Origin: Promethearchaeia archaeon
Lineage (GTDB): Archaea > Asgardarchaeota > Lokiarchaeia > Sigyniarchaeales > SOKP01
Direction: 5' to 3'
Assembly (NCBI GenBank): GCA_029856145.1
Contig: JAHQWK010000004.1
Location: 32,001-96,000, forward strand
Length of the DNA stretch: 64,000 bases
Shown piece by piece: positions 1 to 9,983 of the stretch (the first letter of the stretch is position 1; each line of letters begins with the position of its first letter). The position numbers and the translations under genes are program-made. Under the pieces are notes generated by a model. That model had not been told where the DNA came from. It saw nothing but the letters and a program-made list of their open reading frames with translations, and did not search any database.

Positions 1-109
1 AAAAGTCTGTCAAAGATTTCATTTACTTTATTCATAATATTCTGTCTACTTTTTATAATTTAAAAAAATTTCTATAATAATAAAAAACAGTAATATAAGA
101 ATAAAAGAA

Positions 110-760
110 TTAAATTTTCTTATAAATCATATAAGTTGAGATAAGAAAATACCACAGAATTATTGAAATTGTATTTATCCATTCTAAAGTCGGCAAAATT
201 ATTACTAAAAATCTTAAAAATGGTATAAGGTATAGGAAAAAGAAGAAGATTAATAATGCAAGAATGAAAGAAACTATAAAACCAAAAAAAGCAAGATTTT
301 TTGAATATTTTGGGTCTTTTAATATTAAAATACTATAGAACGTAATGTAGCAGATTCCAAATCCCCAACTAGTTAACGCAGCAGTACCATGTAAATATTG
401 GATCACTATATTGGAACCACAGAACACTCCTAAAACAATAAAACTTATGCATGAGATATTTGCGCATATATTTGCTATTTTTTTTAATTTTGTATTTATC
501 TGTCCTTCATTGAATGTTCTTATGAGAGAGTTTACAAAAATCAGAGCAAATACTCCTGAAAAAATATTTCCAATATTGAAAAATATCCCTCCTGGTCCTA
601 AACATAATGTACTTACTGCCATTGTCAAGAAATTGTAGTCAGGAAACATTAAATACGCGATTATATCTCCTAAAATGCCAACAGTAATCGAAAGTAACCC
701 AAATATTCTTCCGGGTATTATAGTATTAAGCTTTTTAATAAACAAATCTAATTTCTCCAT
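110..760 (-). CDS. Multi-pass membrane protein, DUF998/Frag1-like
   Basis: About 6 hydrophobic segments; AVSTL, FFN, LHG and LEW pattern resembles the DUF998/Frag1 family. Confidence 0.55.
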   Translation of the reverse strand: MEKLDLFIKKLNTIIPGRIFGLLSITVGILGDIIAYLMFPDYNFLTMAVSTLCLGPGGIFFNIGNIFSGVFALIFVNSLIRTFNEGQINTKLKKIANICANISCISFIVLGVFCGSNIVIQYLHGTAALTSWGFGICYITFYSILILKDPKYSKNLAFFGFIVSFILALLIFFFFLYLIPFLRFLVIILPTLEWINTISIILWYFLISTYMIYKKI

Positions 761-889
761 GATACCTTCTTTAAATAATATATTTGGATTTCTCTATAAA
801 ATAAGGATTTACACAGTTTAAATGTATAAAATTTTATATTATTATTGAAAATAGAAGGAAAAAGAAAAGGATTTCTAAAAGTACCCTTT

Positions 890-2398
890 TTAATTAGATT
901 TTGGTATTCTTATTGTAAAAGTTGATCCATTGTCCCTCCCACTAGACTCCACCAAAATTCTACCATTATGGAGTTCTACAATTTCTTTAGAGATATATAA
1001 ACCTAAACCAGATCCCTCAACATCTAATCCTTTACTATCTCTTTTAATCTTCCCAAATTTTTGAAACAATAATGACCTTTCTTTCTTAGTTAATCCAATA
1101 CCTGTGTCTCTTATAGATAGATCAACCCATTGATCATGGACTTTTAAATTAATATAGATGTTACCCTTAGGAGGAGTAAATTTGATTGCATTAGAAAGAA
1201 GATTAATAATAACCTGTTCTATTCTAATTTTATCAATTTTAATGATTATTTCTTTAGGAAGCTTGATGTTTATATCTATCTCCCTTTTATCAGCCCAATA
1301 CTTTAAATCATTGCAACATTCATTTATGATGTCAACCAGATTCTCTTTTTGTAACCTTAAACTCAATTTACTTGATTCTAATCTAGATACATCAAGTAAG
1401 TTTTCGATTAATTGTATTAGCCTTTGGCTTCCTCTATATATCATTTCTAGAAATTCTAAAGCTTTCTCTCCAATTTGATCTTTAAAATTATTTAGAAGAA
1501 TCTGGGATGCTGCATATACAGAACTCAAAGGAGTTTTAAATTCATGAGATGCTCTCATTATTAATTCACTTTTAATTTGGCTGAGTTCAAGGAGTTTTTT
1601 ATTTTCTTCAATAATAATCCTTTCAGTTCTTTTACGTTCTGTAATGTCTCTTGAAATAACAAGGAATTTTTGTTTATTATCTTTGTCTATAAAAGTTTTT
1701 CCATTAGTTTCTGTAGTTACATAATGTCCTCGTTTGTGTTTTACTCTTGCTTCAATTGGACCTTCAAATTTTTTATTTGAATCAATAAAACTTTTTAAGA
1801 GTTTCTCACGATCATCCGGATGAACAAAATCAATACCCTTCTTTCCAATTAGTTCATCATATTTATAACCTAAAATATTCGAAAAAGGTTTTTTATTAAT
1901 GTATTCAAACTGTAAATTCTCATTGAATATAGAAATTAAATCATTAGCATTTTCAGAAATTAAGCGATATATTTCTTCTGATTCTTTTTTCTCTTGTTCT
2001 ATTTTTTTTCGCTCAGTAATATCTCTGGATATAATTATTGCTTTTCTTTTTCCGTCAACATCTATAAAAGTTTTACCTTTATGTTCTAACCAAATGTAAT
2101 GACCATCTTTGTGCCTGATTCTCATTTCATTCCTACCTTCACCATACTTAAATCCTTCTCGCAGAGTTTTAAGTGTTAATTTAGTATCATCAGGATGTAA
2201 AGGAGTGAGTGGGGTCTTTCCAATTATTTCTTCTTTTTTATACCCTAATAAATCAATATAAGCCTTTTCATTGATATATTCATGTTCAAAATTCTCGTTT
2301 ATAATTGTAATTAAATCATTAGCATTATCCAAAATCAACTTATATTTTTCCTCTGATTCCTTTACTCTTTTCTCATTTTGTTTAAATTCTTCTGGCAC
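890..2398 (-). CDS. Cytoplasmic PAS-PAS sensor histidine kinase
   Basis: Two PAS/PAC repeats (NANDLI...HPDD...SRDITERK), H-box ASHEFKTPL, N-box NLLSNAIKF, DTGIG, GSGLGL; no TM segment. Confidence 0.93.
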   Translation of the reverse strand: MPEEFKQNEKRVKESEEKYKLILDNANDLITIINENFEHEYINEKAYIDLLGYKKEEIIGKTPLTPLHPDDTKLTLKTLREGFKYGEGRNEMRIRHKDGHYIWLEHKGKTFIDVDGKRKAIIISRDITERKKIEQEKKESEEIYRLISENANDLISIFNENLQFEYINKKPFSNILGYKYDELIGKKGIDFVHPDDREKLLKSFIDSNKKFEGPIEARVKHKRGHYVTTETNGKTFIDKDNKQKFLVISRDITERKRTERIIIEENKKLLELSQIKSELIMRASHEFKTPLSSVYAASQILLNNFKDQIGEKALEFLEMIYRGSQRLIQLIENLLDVSRLESSKLSLRLQKENLVDIINECCNDLKYWADKREIDINIKLPKEIIIKIDKIRIEQVIINLLSNAIKFTPPKGNIYINLKVHDQWVDLSIRDTGIGLTKKERSLLFQKFGKIKRDSKGLDVEGSGLGLYISKEIVELHNGRILVESSGRDNGSTFTIRIPKSN

Positions 2399-2712
2399 AT
2401 CAAGTTCCTCAAAGATTTCCTTATTTATTTAATAATTTTCATTAGTTCTAATATTTTTCAAACCCCATTTATATTTATTCATCCCAGGAATAAATAATAA
2501 TGAACTCTAAGAATCTGTCTTCCTCTAATACAATCGATATGATCAAATAAAATTTTATAGTTATATTTGTATGGACATTGTCTATTTGTACTATATATTG
2601 GTACGAAATAATGTTACAGCTTGTTTTACAAAAAATTTTATTTGTTAACCAAAATTATTGTTATATATATTTTTGTGATAAATCTTAATTAGCGGAATGG
2701 TTATAAAAATTT

Positions 2713-2783
2713 GCGCTCATAGTACAGTGGTAGTATGCTAGGTTCCCAACCTAGCGACCCGGGTTCAATTCCCGGTGGGCGCA
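2713..2783 (+). tRNA. tRNA-Gly(CCC), no intron, CCA not encoded
   Basis: Acceptor GCGCTCA/TGGGCGC, anticodon arm CTAGG-TTCCCAA-CCTAG, T arm CCGGG-TTCAATT-CCCGG, discriminator A. Confidence 0.96.
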
Positions 2784-2833
2784 CTTCATAATCATCCAAT
2801 ATTTAATGAATAACAAATTCAGGAAATGAAATC

Positions 2834-3124
2834 TTAGTTACCTAAATTTTCTAAAAAAGTACCTGAAGGTGAAGAACCATTTTCTATTTCTTTACATAAG
2901 TCAGAAATTTCACCAAACAAATATGCTGCTCTATCAAAAGTTCCATTCTTTTTGAATTCCTTTGACTCTTCCATCTTAATCATTTTATCCATCAAAGGCT
3001 TAAATAATGTTAGGATTTCATATACATGATTCAAGATCTCTTTAGTGAGTTTGATTTTCTTATTTATGTCATCTTCTCTTGTAAGCATCTCTCTTTCCTC
3101 GTTATAAAATTTCAATTTTTTCAT
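2834..3124 (-). CDS. Hypothetical helical protein
   Basis: 96-aa ATG ORF with protein-like composition; no recognised motif. Confidence 0.6.
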   Translation of the reverse strand: MKKLKFYNEEREMLTREDDINKKIKLTKEILNHVYEILTLFKPLMDKMIKMEESKEFKKNGTFDRAAYLFGEISDLCKEIENGSSPSGTFLENLGN

Positions 3125-3370
3125 TAAATTTATTGATTATTATTTTATTTTCTCTCTTAATAAATGTTTTTGGTATATCCCTTTAAAATCCATATTTACA
3201 TACAAAAATATCTTAGTAAATTTATTGAATCCTTTTTTGTGGCAAAAAAATTAATGGAATAAATCTTTTGGTATAAATTTTTGAAGTTTCAAATCATCAG
3301 TTGTTACCTTTATTTAATGATTTTTATAAATAATTCAATTGAAATTGGATTTGTGAGTAAATTGCTTTGC

Positions 3371-3631
3371 TTAATAAACAACTTTTGCTGGAATTCTCAA
3401 TTCTTTTTCAGTTTTACGAAAAGGATATATTATAAGGATATCTTTGAAAGTTTCTTTTGGGATTGATTCATCAATAGCGATCATATGATTCTCATAAAAT
3501 AAGAGCATTTTGTGTTCAAAAATTCTCTTATTGTGTAATTTTTTAGGGACATTAAAATTTTTGTCATACTTAAAACCTAAATATTTCTTAAAAAATATTT
3601 GGTAATCTAAAATTATGTCGTATTTCTCCAA
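3371..3631 (-). CDS. Hypothetical protein
   Basis: 86-aa TTG-start ORF; no recognised motif. Confidence 0.4.
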   Translation of the reverse strand: MEKYDIILDYQIFFKKYLGFKYDKNFNVPKKLHNKRIFEHKMLLFYENHMIAIDESIPKETFKDILIIYPFRKTEKELRIPAKVVY

Positions 3632-3907
3632 GAAGATAATTTAAATCTCAGTAATTATTAATGATAAAAAAAAAATGTTTTTACATTAGGATAACAATTT
3701 TTTATAACATCAAATTTAAATATACTTTCTAATATAAATTTTTTAGTTCAAATTTAGAAAAAACACTAAAAAATCAAAAATTATACTAATGTTTTACATC
3801 AAAAAATGTAGAAAGTTAGCACCAATTTTTTTGGGTAGAATTAGTAAAAGTGCTATGTAAGAAAAAACTATGAATATTATTCAAAGACAAATAATCTGTA
3901 AATATAT

Positions 3908-4741
3908 ATGTATGAATATAATATGATAGCAATGGATAAGGCTCAAAATATTAATACTAATTCAGAAAAGTTTCAAATGCTGGGATTTGGATTATTAAAT
4001 ATCTCAGATATAGAATCTGAAGGCACTTTTAAAATCATTCTTCAAAAAGGTATAGGAGTTCCTCTTATCCAAAATATTTTAGAACTCTATAAGAAAGAAA
4101 TTATAACCAAAAAACAAGGAAGCTCAATTATTCCATTAAATGAATTTACCATTCATATCCAATATTTCAATAATAAGGACAAAGAAATTTCTGTGATTTT
4201 GTATATGGAAGAAAAAGAACCAAGTATTGCGGTTAATTTTTCACAGCTTTACTTCCTGTCTAAAAAAATCAATAAAAAAATTCTTTCAAATGCTCCATTA
4301 TCTGAATTAGTCAAAATATTCGAAGACAAAATCAAGATTCCAAAATCTTCTGGAGTCATAGCTATCTTTGTTATTAGTTCCACAGGCAGTCCATTTCTTT
4401 CAAAAATTAATAAAAATCGCAACAATATAGCAGACCATGAAGTTCACATTGGTGGATTTATCTCTGCTTTGTTGTCGTTTTCAAATACAATTATTGGAGA
4501 AGAAACAGGGGCAAAATTGAAGGAAATAAACTTTGGGAATCAGCAATTTTACGTAATATCCAAAAGTAACGTAATTTTTGCCTTTTTAGTAGAAAATATG
4601 AATTCCTTGCTTCAAAGATATATGTATCTTATTGCAGATGAATTCATTTACGATTTCAACAATTATTTAAAAGGTTTTAATGGAGATGTAACTCCATTTG
4701 CATCTTTTGAAGATAAAATTAACCAATATTTTATTATTTAA
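3908..4741 (+). CDS. Protein with a C-terminal longin/sedlin-like domain; first gene of the che cluster
   Basis: C-terminal ~130 aa has the longin pattern IFVISSTGSPFLS...IGGFISALLSFS...LKEINFG...IFAFLV...FNGDVTPFASFEDKI; ends 20 nt before cheW. Confidence 0.7.
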   Translation: MYEYNMIAMDKAQNINTNSEKFQMLGFGLLNISDIESEGTFKIILQKGIGVPLIQNILELYKKEIITKKQGSSIIPLNEFTIHIQYFNNKDKEISVILYMEEKEPSIAVNFSQLYFLSKKINKKILSNAPLSELVKIFEDKIKIPKSSGVIAIFVISSTGSPFLSKINKNRNNIADHEVHIGGFISALLSFSNTIIGEETGAKLKEINFGNQQFYVISKSNVIFAFLVENMNSLLQRYMYLIADEFIYDFNNYLKGFNGDVTPFASFEDKINQYFII

Positions 4742-4761
4742 AAAATGAAGGTAAGAAAAAA

Positions 4762-5292
4762 ATGGTTCAAAAACAGGAATATGAAGATATGGATCAAATT
4801 TCCATCCTATCGTTTAAGATTGGTAGGGAAGAGTTCGTTATCGATCTCTTCGATGTGAAAGAAATAATTCAAGCAGGTCTAATAAGAAAATTACCAAAAA
4901 GCTTAGATTATATAGATGGAATCTATAATTACAGAGGGGAAATTATTCACATAATTAATTTAAAGAAAAAATTGAATTTGAATCAATATATTTTGTATTC
5001 AAGAAACTCCTCTATCGAAGAAGAATCAAGTACGTCGAAAAATTTCATTATAATTCTTAAAGTTGATAATAATCTGGTAGGATTTTATGTTGATCAAATA
5101 ATCAGTATTGATCATATTGATCCCACTGAGATTGTTGGATTAAGCCCAATCTTTCAAACTAATGTTGCTATGGAATATATTAAAGGAATTATTAACTTTG
5201 AACGGCGACCAAGAGTTATGCTTGATTTAAGCAAAATTTTTAGTGAAGTTGAGAAATTCAAAATTGAACAAGATTTATCATCATTAACATAA
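4762..5292 (+). CDS. cheW: Chemotaxis adaptor CheW
   Basis: LSFKIGREEFVIDL..VKEII, LPKS..YIDGIYNYRGEII, VGFYVDQI, YIKGI, LDL motifs. Confidence 0.93.
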   Translation: MVQKQEYEDMDQISILSFKIGREEFVIDLFDVKEIIQAGLIRKLPKSLDYIDGIYNYRGEIIHIINLKKKLNLNQYILYSRNSSIEEESSTSKNFIIILKVDNNLVGFYVDQIISIDHIDPTEIVGLSPIFQTNVAMEYIKGIINFERRPRVMLDLSKIFSEVEKFKIEQDLSSLT

Positions 5293-5312
5293 ATTAAAAA
5301 GGAGTTGATAAA

Positions 5313-5690
5313 ATGACAAATAATAAAAAAAAAGTTTTGATAGTTGATGATGCAGCCTTTACAAGGAACATGCTTAAAAATATAATAAACAAGATCGAAC
5401 AAATTGAAGTTATCGGTGAAGCTTCAAATGGAGTGGAAGCTATCTCTTTATACAAGAAATTAAATCCTGATTTAGTTACTATGGATTTGGTTATGCCTGA
5501 AAAGGGTGGTATTGAGGCAACTGAAGAGATTCTAAAAATTAACTCAAAAGCATTGATAGTAGTGGTTTCTGCACTCGGTCAGGAGGCTCTTGTACTTGAG
5601 GCAGCAAAAAAAGGGGCAAAGGACTTTATCCAAAAACCATTCAAAACAGAGCAAATATTAGAAGTTATGGATCGAATTTTAAAGAAATAA
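5313..5690 (+). CDS. cheY: Chemotaxis response regulator CheY
   Basis: Stand-alone REC domain: VDD, phospho-Asp in TMDLVMP, VSA, KPF; SD-like GGAG upstream; lies between cheW and cheA. Confidence 0.93.
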   Translation: MTNNKKKVLIVDDAAFTRNMLKNIINKIEQIEVIGEASNGVEAISLYKKLNPDLVTMDLVMPEKGGIEATEEILKINSKALIVVVSALGQEALVLEAAKKGAKDFIQKPFKTEQILEVMDRILKK

Positions 5691-5774
5691 CATCTCTCAC
5701 ATCTGGTTGAGATTCTGGACAATATCTTAAAAAAATAAAAAAAACAATGAAAAAAAAAAATTTAAGGTGATTAT

Positions 5775-7850
5775 GTGTCATCTAAAGACGATATAAAGCT
5801 TTTCATAAGTGAAGCCGAGGATCTGATTCAAAAAACGGAAGATGAAATTCTAAAATTAGAAGAAAATCCAAATGATTTAAAACCAATTCAGGAACTTTTT
5901 TTCACATTTCATGCACTAAAAGGATTAACAGCGATGGCAGGTTTTGACAACTTATCTAAATTTTGTCATCATTTTGAATCTTTTTTAGAAAATACTAAGG
6001 ATAAGAAAGAGTCTAAAATCAAAAGAGAAAATTTCATCGAAATGCTATTTGAGAGTATTGATGTATTAAGAAATGTCATAAAGAGAGTAAAAAAAGGAGA
6101 TTTAAGTGATATTGATAATAAATTTGTAGAAGATATTAAAAATAGTTTTGAAAGTTTTGAGAATGAGTATGATATCACTTTTATTCAGCCTTTAAACTCA
6201 GAGGAAGTTACCCAAATCCTTAAACAAAAAGATATCAAATCATTTAAGATATATATTCGCCTTGAAGAAACATGTGTTTTCAAAAAGGTAAGGTTATTTA
6301 TTATATTTAGAGCATTAAATGAAAATGGAAAAATTTGCTGGACTAATCCTGCTCCTGAAGATTTAGAAAAAGCTACTCTCAAAAATGAGTTTGAAATTTA
6401 CTTTTTTAGCAATAAAAATAAGGATAATATTTCTCATGTTTTAGATGAAATTCTTGAAATCGAAAGTATAGTTATTACTCCATTAAAATCTGAAGAATTC
6501 ATAAAAATAATTAATAGTCTTAAGGAAAAATGGGAAAATGAAAAACCAGAACCCTTAAGCGATGATTTCTTTGAAGATGATTTTGAAGAAGACGTTGATA
6601 CTCAAGAACTGGAGCGAGTTTCACAAATTGTAGGTGATTTCTCAGAAGATACCCTTAAAATAATGAGTGTTAAAGTTAATATTGAGTATATAGAGGAATT
6701 AATGAATTATTTTGGAGAATTAGTAATAATGAAGAATCATATCAATCAACTTCTAAAGGAAAAACAAGATAGAATAATCGTACGGTTAATAGATAAAATG
6801 GATAAGCCTTTTCTAGATATACAAGAAATACTTTTTAGATTAAAACTAGTTCGAGTTGATTCAACATTCAGAAAATATAAAAGACTTGTTCGCAATGTAG
6901 CAAATGAAACTGGTAAGAAAATAAAATTAATTCTTGAAGGAATAAATGTAGAAATTGATAGAAAAATCCTAGAAGAAATTAACACTCCGCTGGTTCAATT
7001 AATTAGGAATGCAATTTATCATGGAATCGAATCTCCAAGAGATCGAATTAAAAAACGGAAAATTGAAATTGGTATATTGAAAATAAAAACATTTAGAAGA
7101 GCAGGATCCATTTTCATAGAAGTTCAAGATGATGGCGCGGGGCTTAATTATGATACAATAAGGGAAAAGGTTGTGAAAAAAGGTTATTATGACTCAATTG
7201 AAGTGGAACAACTAGCAAACGAGGATTTACATAAGTTTATACTAATGCCCGGGTTCTCAACACTTTCAGAAGCAGATATAATCTCTGGTAGAGGTATGGG
7301 TTTAGCAATCGTGGCTGAAAAAATAAAAGAATTAGGTGGTGATTTTACTATTCAATCTCAAGCTGGTGTTGGTACAAAATTTACAATCATCGTTCCATTT
7401 ACAAGAGCAATATTAAAAGCACAACAAATTCAGATTTCTGATGATTTATTTGCAATTCCAACTGAAAACATTAAACAAATATACTTTTTCAATCCAAGTC
7501 AAGTTGAATATGTAGATGGCCAACAATTTTACAAGATAAATTCAAAATTAATGCCAATTATTCATTTAGATGAGTATTTAAATATGGTAGAAAAAAGTAC
7601 AACAAATTCTCATAAAAAAATTGCAATATGGTGTCAAGGAGATGAGGATAGTTCAGCAGTGTTTATTGCAGATAAACAATTACAACAATTAGATGTAGTT
7701 GTGAAACCATTCAAGTCTAACTATTCAGATTCACGGGATATTTTAGGATCAACAATTACAGGAGAAGGTTCAATATGTCTAATTATCGACGTTTTAAGTA
7801 TAATTTCATCTATTTTAAATGAAAATATAATATCAAATTTAAATTTATAA
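5775..7850 (+). CDS. cheA: Chemotaxis histidine kinase CheA (Hpt-P2-dimerisation-HATPase-CheW)
   Basis: Hpt FHALKG, P2 region KKVRLFIIFRAL, LMNYFGELVI, IRNA..HGIE, DDGAG, PGFST, SGRGMGL, C-terminal CheW domain; SD AGGTGA before the GTG start. Confidence 0.96.
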   Translation: MSSKDDIKLFISEAEDLIQKTEDEILKLEENPNDLKPIQELFFTFHALKGLTAMAGFDNLSKFCHHFESFLENTKDKKESKIKRENFIEMLFESIDVLRNVIKRVKKGDLSDIDNKFVEDIKNSFESFENEYDITFIQPLNSEEVTQILKQKDIKSFKIYIRLEETCVFKKVRLFIIFRALNENGKICWTNPAPEDLEKATLKNEFEIYFFSNKNKDNISHVLDEILEIESIVITPLKSEEFIKIINSLKEKWENEKPEPLSDDFFEDDFEEDVDTQELERVSQIVGDFSEDTLKIMSVKVNIEYIEELMNYFGELVIMKNHINQLLKEKQDRIIVRLIDKMDKPFLDIQEILFRLKLVRVDSTFRKYKRLVRNVANETGKKIKLILEGINVEIDRKILEEINTPLVQLIRNAIYHGIESPRDRIKKRKIEIGILKIKTFRRAGSIFIEVQDDGAGLNYDTIREKVVKKGYYDSIEVEQLANEDLHKFILMPGFSTLSEADIISGRGMGLAIVAEKIKELGGDFTIQSQAGVGTKFTIIVPFTRAILKAQQIQISDDLFAIPTENIKQIYFFNPSQVEYVDGQQFYKINSKLMPIIHLDEYLNMVEKSTTNSHKKIAIWCQGDEDSSAVFIADKQLQQLDVVVKPFKSNYSDSRDILGSTITGEGSICLIIDVLSIISSILNENIISNLNL

Positions 7851-7912
7851 TTAAAATTTTTTTTACAAATAACAAATTTATCAAATGAAGAAATACTTGG
7901 AGGAAAAATAAA

Positions 7913-9934
7913 ATGGGTTTTAAAAAGATTGACCATGACGAATTAAAAACAAAAATTAGCCCAAATTTTCTTGGCATCCCTATAAGGGAAGGTGGAAAGT
8001 TAGTACAGAAAAGTCAAAGAGAAAAGAAAATTGAATCTAGTTATACAGGTTCAATGTCAGAAGTATTAATATTAAATGAAGAATTTTTAGAATTCCAATA
8101 TCAAAATGATGGAACAAGAAAAGCAGTTACAGGTAACGGAAATATCTCAATATTTAATAATTCTGTTAAAGATAGAATTTGGGATGCAAATTTACAGTTT
8201 TCAGGCTCACAATTTGATAATCAAGAGAAAGAAAACAATATAAATTTAGGGATTTTTGAGCCTAGTTCAAATAAAATATTAAAATATGAAATTGTAAATT
8301 CCGATGATTTACCGGATTTAATAAAAGTAAATGAAAATATTGAAGTTCTGAGTGAAGATATTACTCAAGAAGGGTTAGAATTTCCTGAAAATGAAGAATT
8401 AAATGTATGTAATAAAAAACATTATTTACTAGTAATTGGAAAAGAAAATAAGGTAAAATTTTTAATTGATATAGTAAATGTCTCAAATTCGATGTTAGAA
8501 AATATCAAGTTTAAGAAATTATTTGTTAATAATTTTTATGACTTAGAATTTGACTGTAGCAAGAGCAAAGAATTTAAATTTACTAATAATTCTGTAGAAT
8601 GTACTATAAACGGTCTAAACCCTGGAGAAAAAGCAGAATTAACAATCACCGCTAATATTTTCCCTAAGAAGAAGGAAAATATTAAAACTGGTAAAATCGA
8701 AATAACCTACAACTTATCATCAAACGTAATTTCAGGCGTGAAAATCAATCAATTCTCAGCATATTCTCATGCAATGCATGCTATTGAGAAAGTAGAGAAA
8801 AATGATGCTCCAAATCATTGGGAATGTTCATTAATTTTCGAAAACCATAGTGACTTTAAATTGAAGTTAAATTCAATTCTGATCTATGATAAGACCAAAT
8901 CGAAAAAAATTTTAGATTTAGATTTTAGTACATCTGGTACTACAAAAATTAATCCTCGTGGAATATATAAAACCCAACATTTTAATTTGATTGATGAAAA
9001 AGAACCTATTTTCTCAAGAAAAGTCGAATATTCTGTTGATTATAAAACAGAGAACAATTCAATGATTACCACGAGATTTGATGACATTATCTTTAAAATA
9101 GTTAATATTACGATAAAAAAGAAATTACCTGAACAAGAAATTAAATCATTTGAGGAGACTACACTAAATTCTGAAATTATTATAAACAACCAAGGTACTG
9201 TTCCAATTAAAGGACTTCGAATAGTTGAAAAAATTCCTGAAGATTTCTTGCCACCAAGAAATTTATCTGATTTTACACTGTATAAATCATCTGGTAAACT
9301 AGAAATCGATGATATTGAATTAAATTTAAGTCCAGATGATGATGATCCCTCACATGAGCATATTATTGAAATAAGTATTAATTTAAAAAATGATACTTCA
9401 AAATCAGTTATTAGTACAGAAGATTTCTTAGAATTAAAATATCCATTTAAAGCAATTACTCCTAATTATAAAAAAGATTACGATTTCCCTGTTAAAGTCT
9501 ACGCTTATTATCCGATGTATGAAAAATCTGAAGTAGAAGGGCTTAGGGGACATTATGTTTTAATGGATGATCTCTCTAGTAAGGATACGTCTTCTTTAAA
9601 AATCACACATAAACGGCGGAAATTAATGATTGGAAAACAAATCTTTCCTGGAAGGAGTAGTGATGAATTTGCTATTTATATTGTGGCAAAGAACGGTTCA
9701 AATATTAAACTTAGTGATGTAGACATTACAGATGCTTTTCCAAATTCTTTTGAACTAATTTCCTCAAATGTAGAACATAAGATTAGCAAATCTAAAAATA
9801 ACGGAGAACAAAAAATTTCTTTCACAATCGATTCACTCCTACCTTATCAAGAAAAAGAGATAATGTATTATCTAAAAAGCTTAAGCGGAAAGGATGTATC
9901 ACAATCAGAATTAGAGTCATTTTTTGTTGGATAA
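7913..9934 (+). CDS. Large cytoplasmic beta-sandwich repeat protein (several DUF11/Ig-like modules)
   Basis: Repeated modules such as ITIKKKL..EIIINNQGTVPIKGLRIVEKIPEDF and IGKQI..IYIVAKNGSNIKLSDVDITDAFPNSFELI; no signal peptide or TM segment; SD GGAGG. Confidence 0.6.
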   Translation: MGFKKIDHDELKTKISPNFLGIPIREGGKLVQKSQREKKIESSYTGSMSEVLILNEEFLEFQYQNDGTRKAVTGNGNISIFNNSVKDRIWDANLQFSGSQFDNQEKENNINLGIFEPSSNKILKYEIVNSDDLPDLIKVNENIEVLSEDITQEGLEFPENEELNVCNKKHYLLVIGKENKVKFLIDIVNVSNSMLENIKFKKLFVNNFYDLEFDCSKSKEFKFTNNSVECTINGLNPGEKAELTITANIFPKKKENIKTGKIEITYNLSSNVISGVKINQFSAYSHAMHAIEKVEKNDAPNHWECSLIFENHSDFKLKLNSILIYDKTKSKKILDLDFSTSGTTKINPRGIYKTQHFNLIDEKEPIFSRKVEYSVDYKTENNSMITTRFDDIIFKIVNITIKKKLPEQEIKSFEETTLNSEIIINNQGTVPIKGLRIVEKIPEDFLPPRNLSDFTLYKSSGKLEIDDIELNLSPDDDDPSHEHIIEISINLKNDTSKSVISTEDFLELKYPFKAITPNYKKDYDFPVKVYAYYPMYEKSEVEGLRGHYVLMDDLSSKDTSSLKITHKRRKLMIGKQIFPGRSSDEFAIYIVAKNGSNIKLSDVDITDAFPNSFELISSNVEHKISKSKNNGEQKISFTIDSLLPYQEKEIMYYLKSLSGKDVSQSELESFFVG

Positions 9935-9983
9935 ATAGAAAAAAAAATAATAAAATTTAAGAAAAAAAAATGGAGGAAGTATT

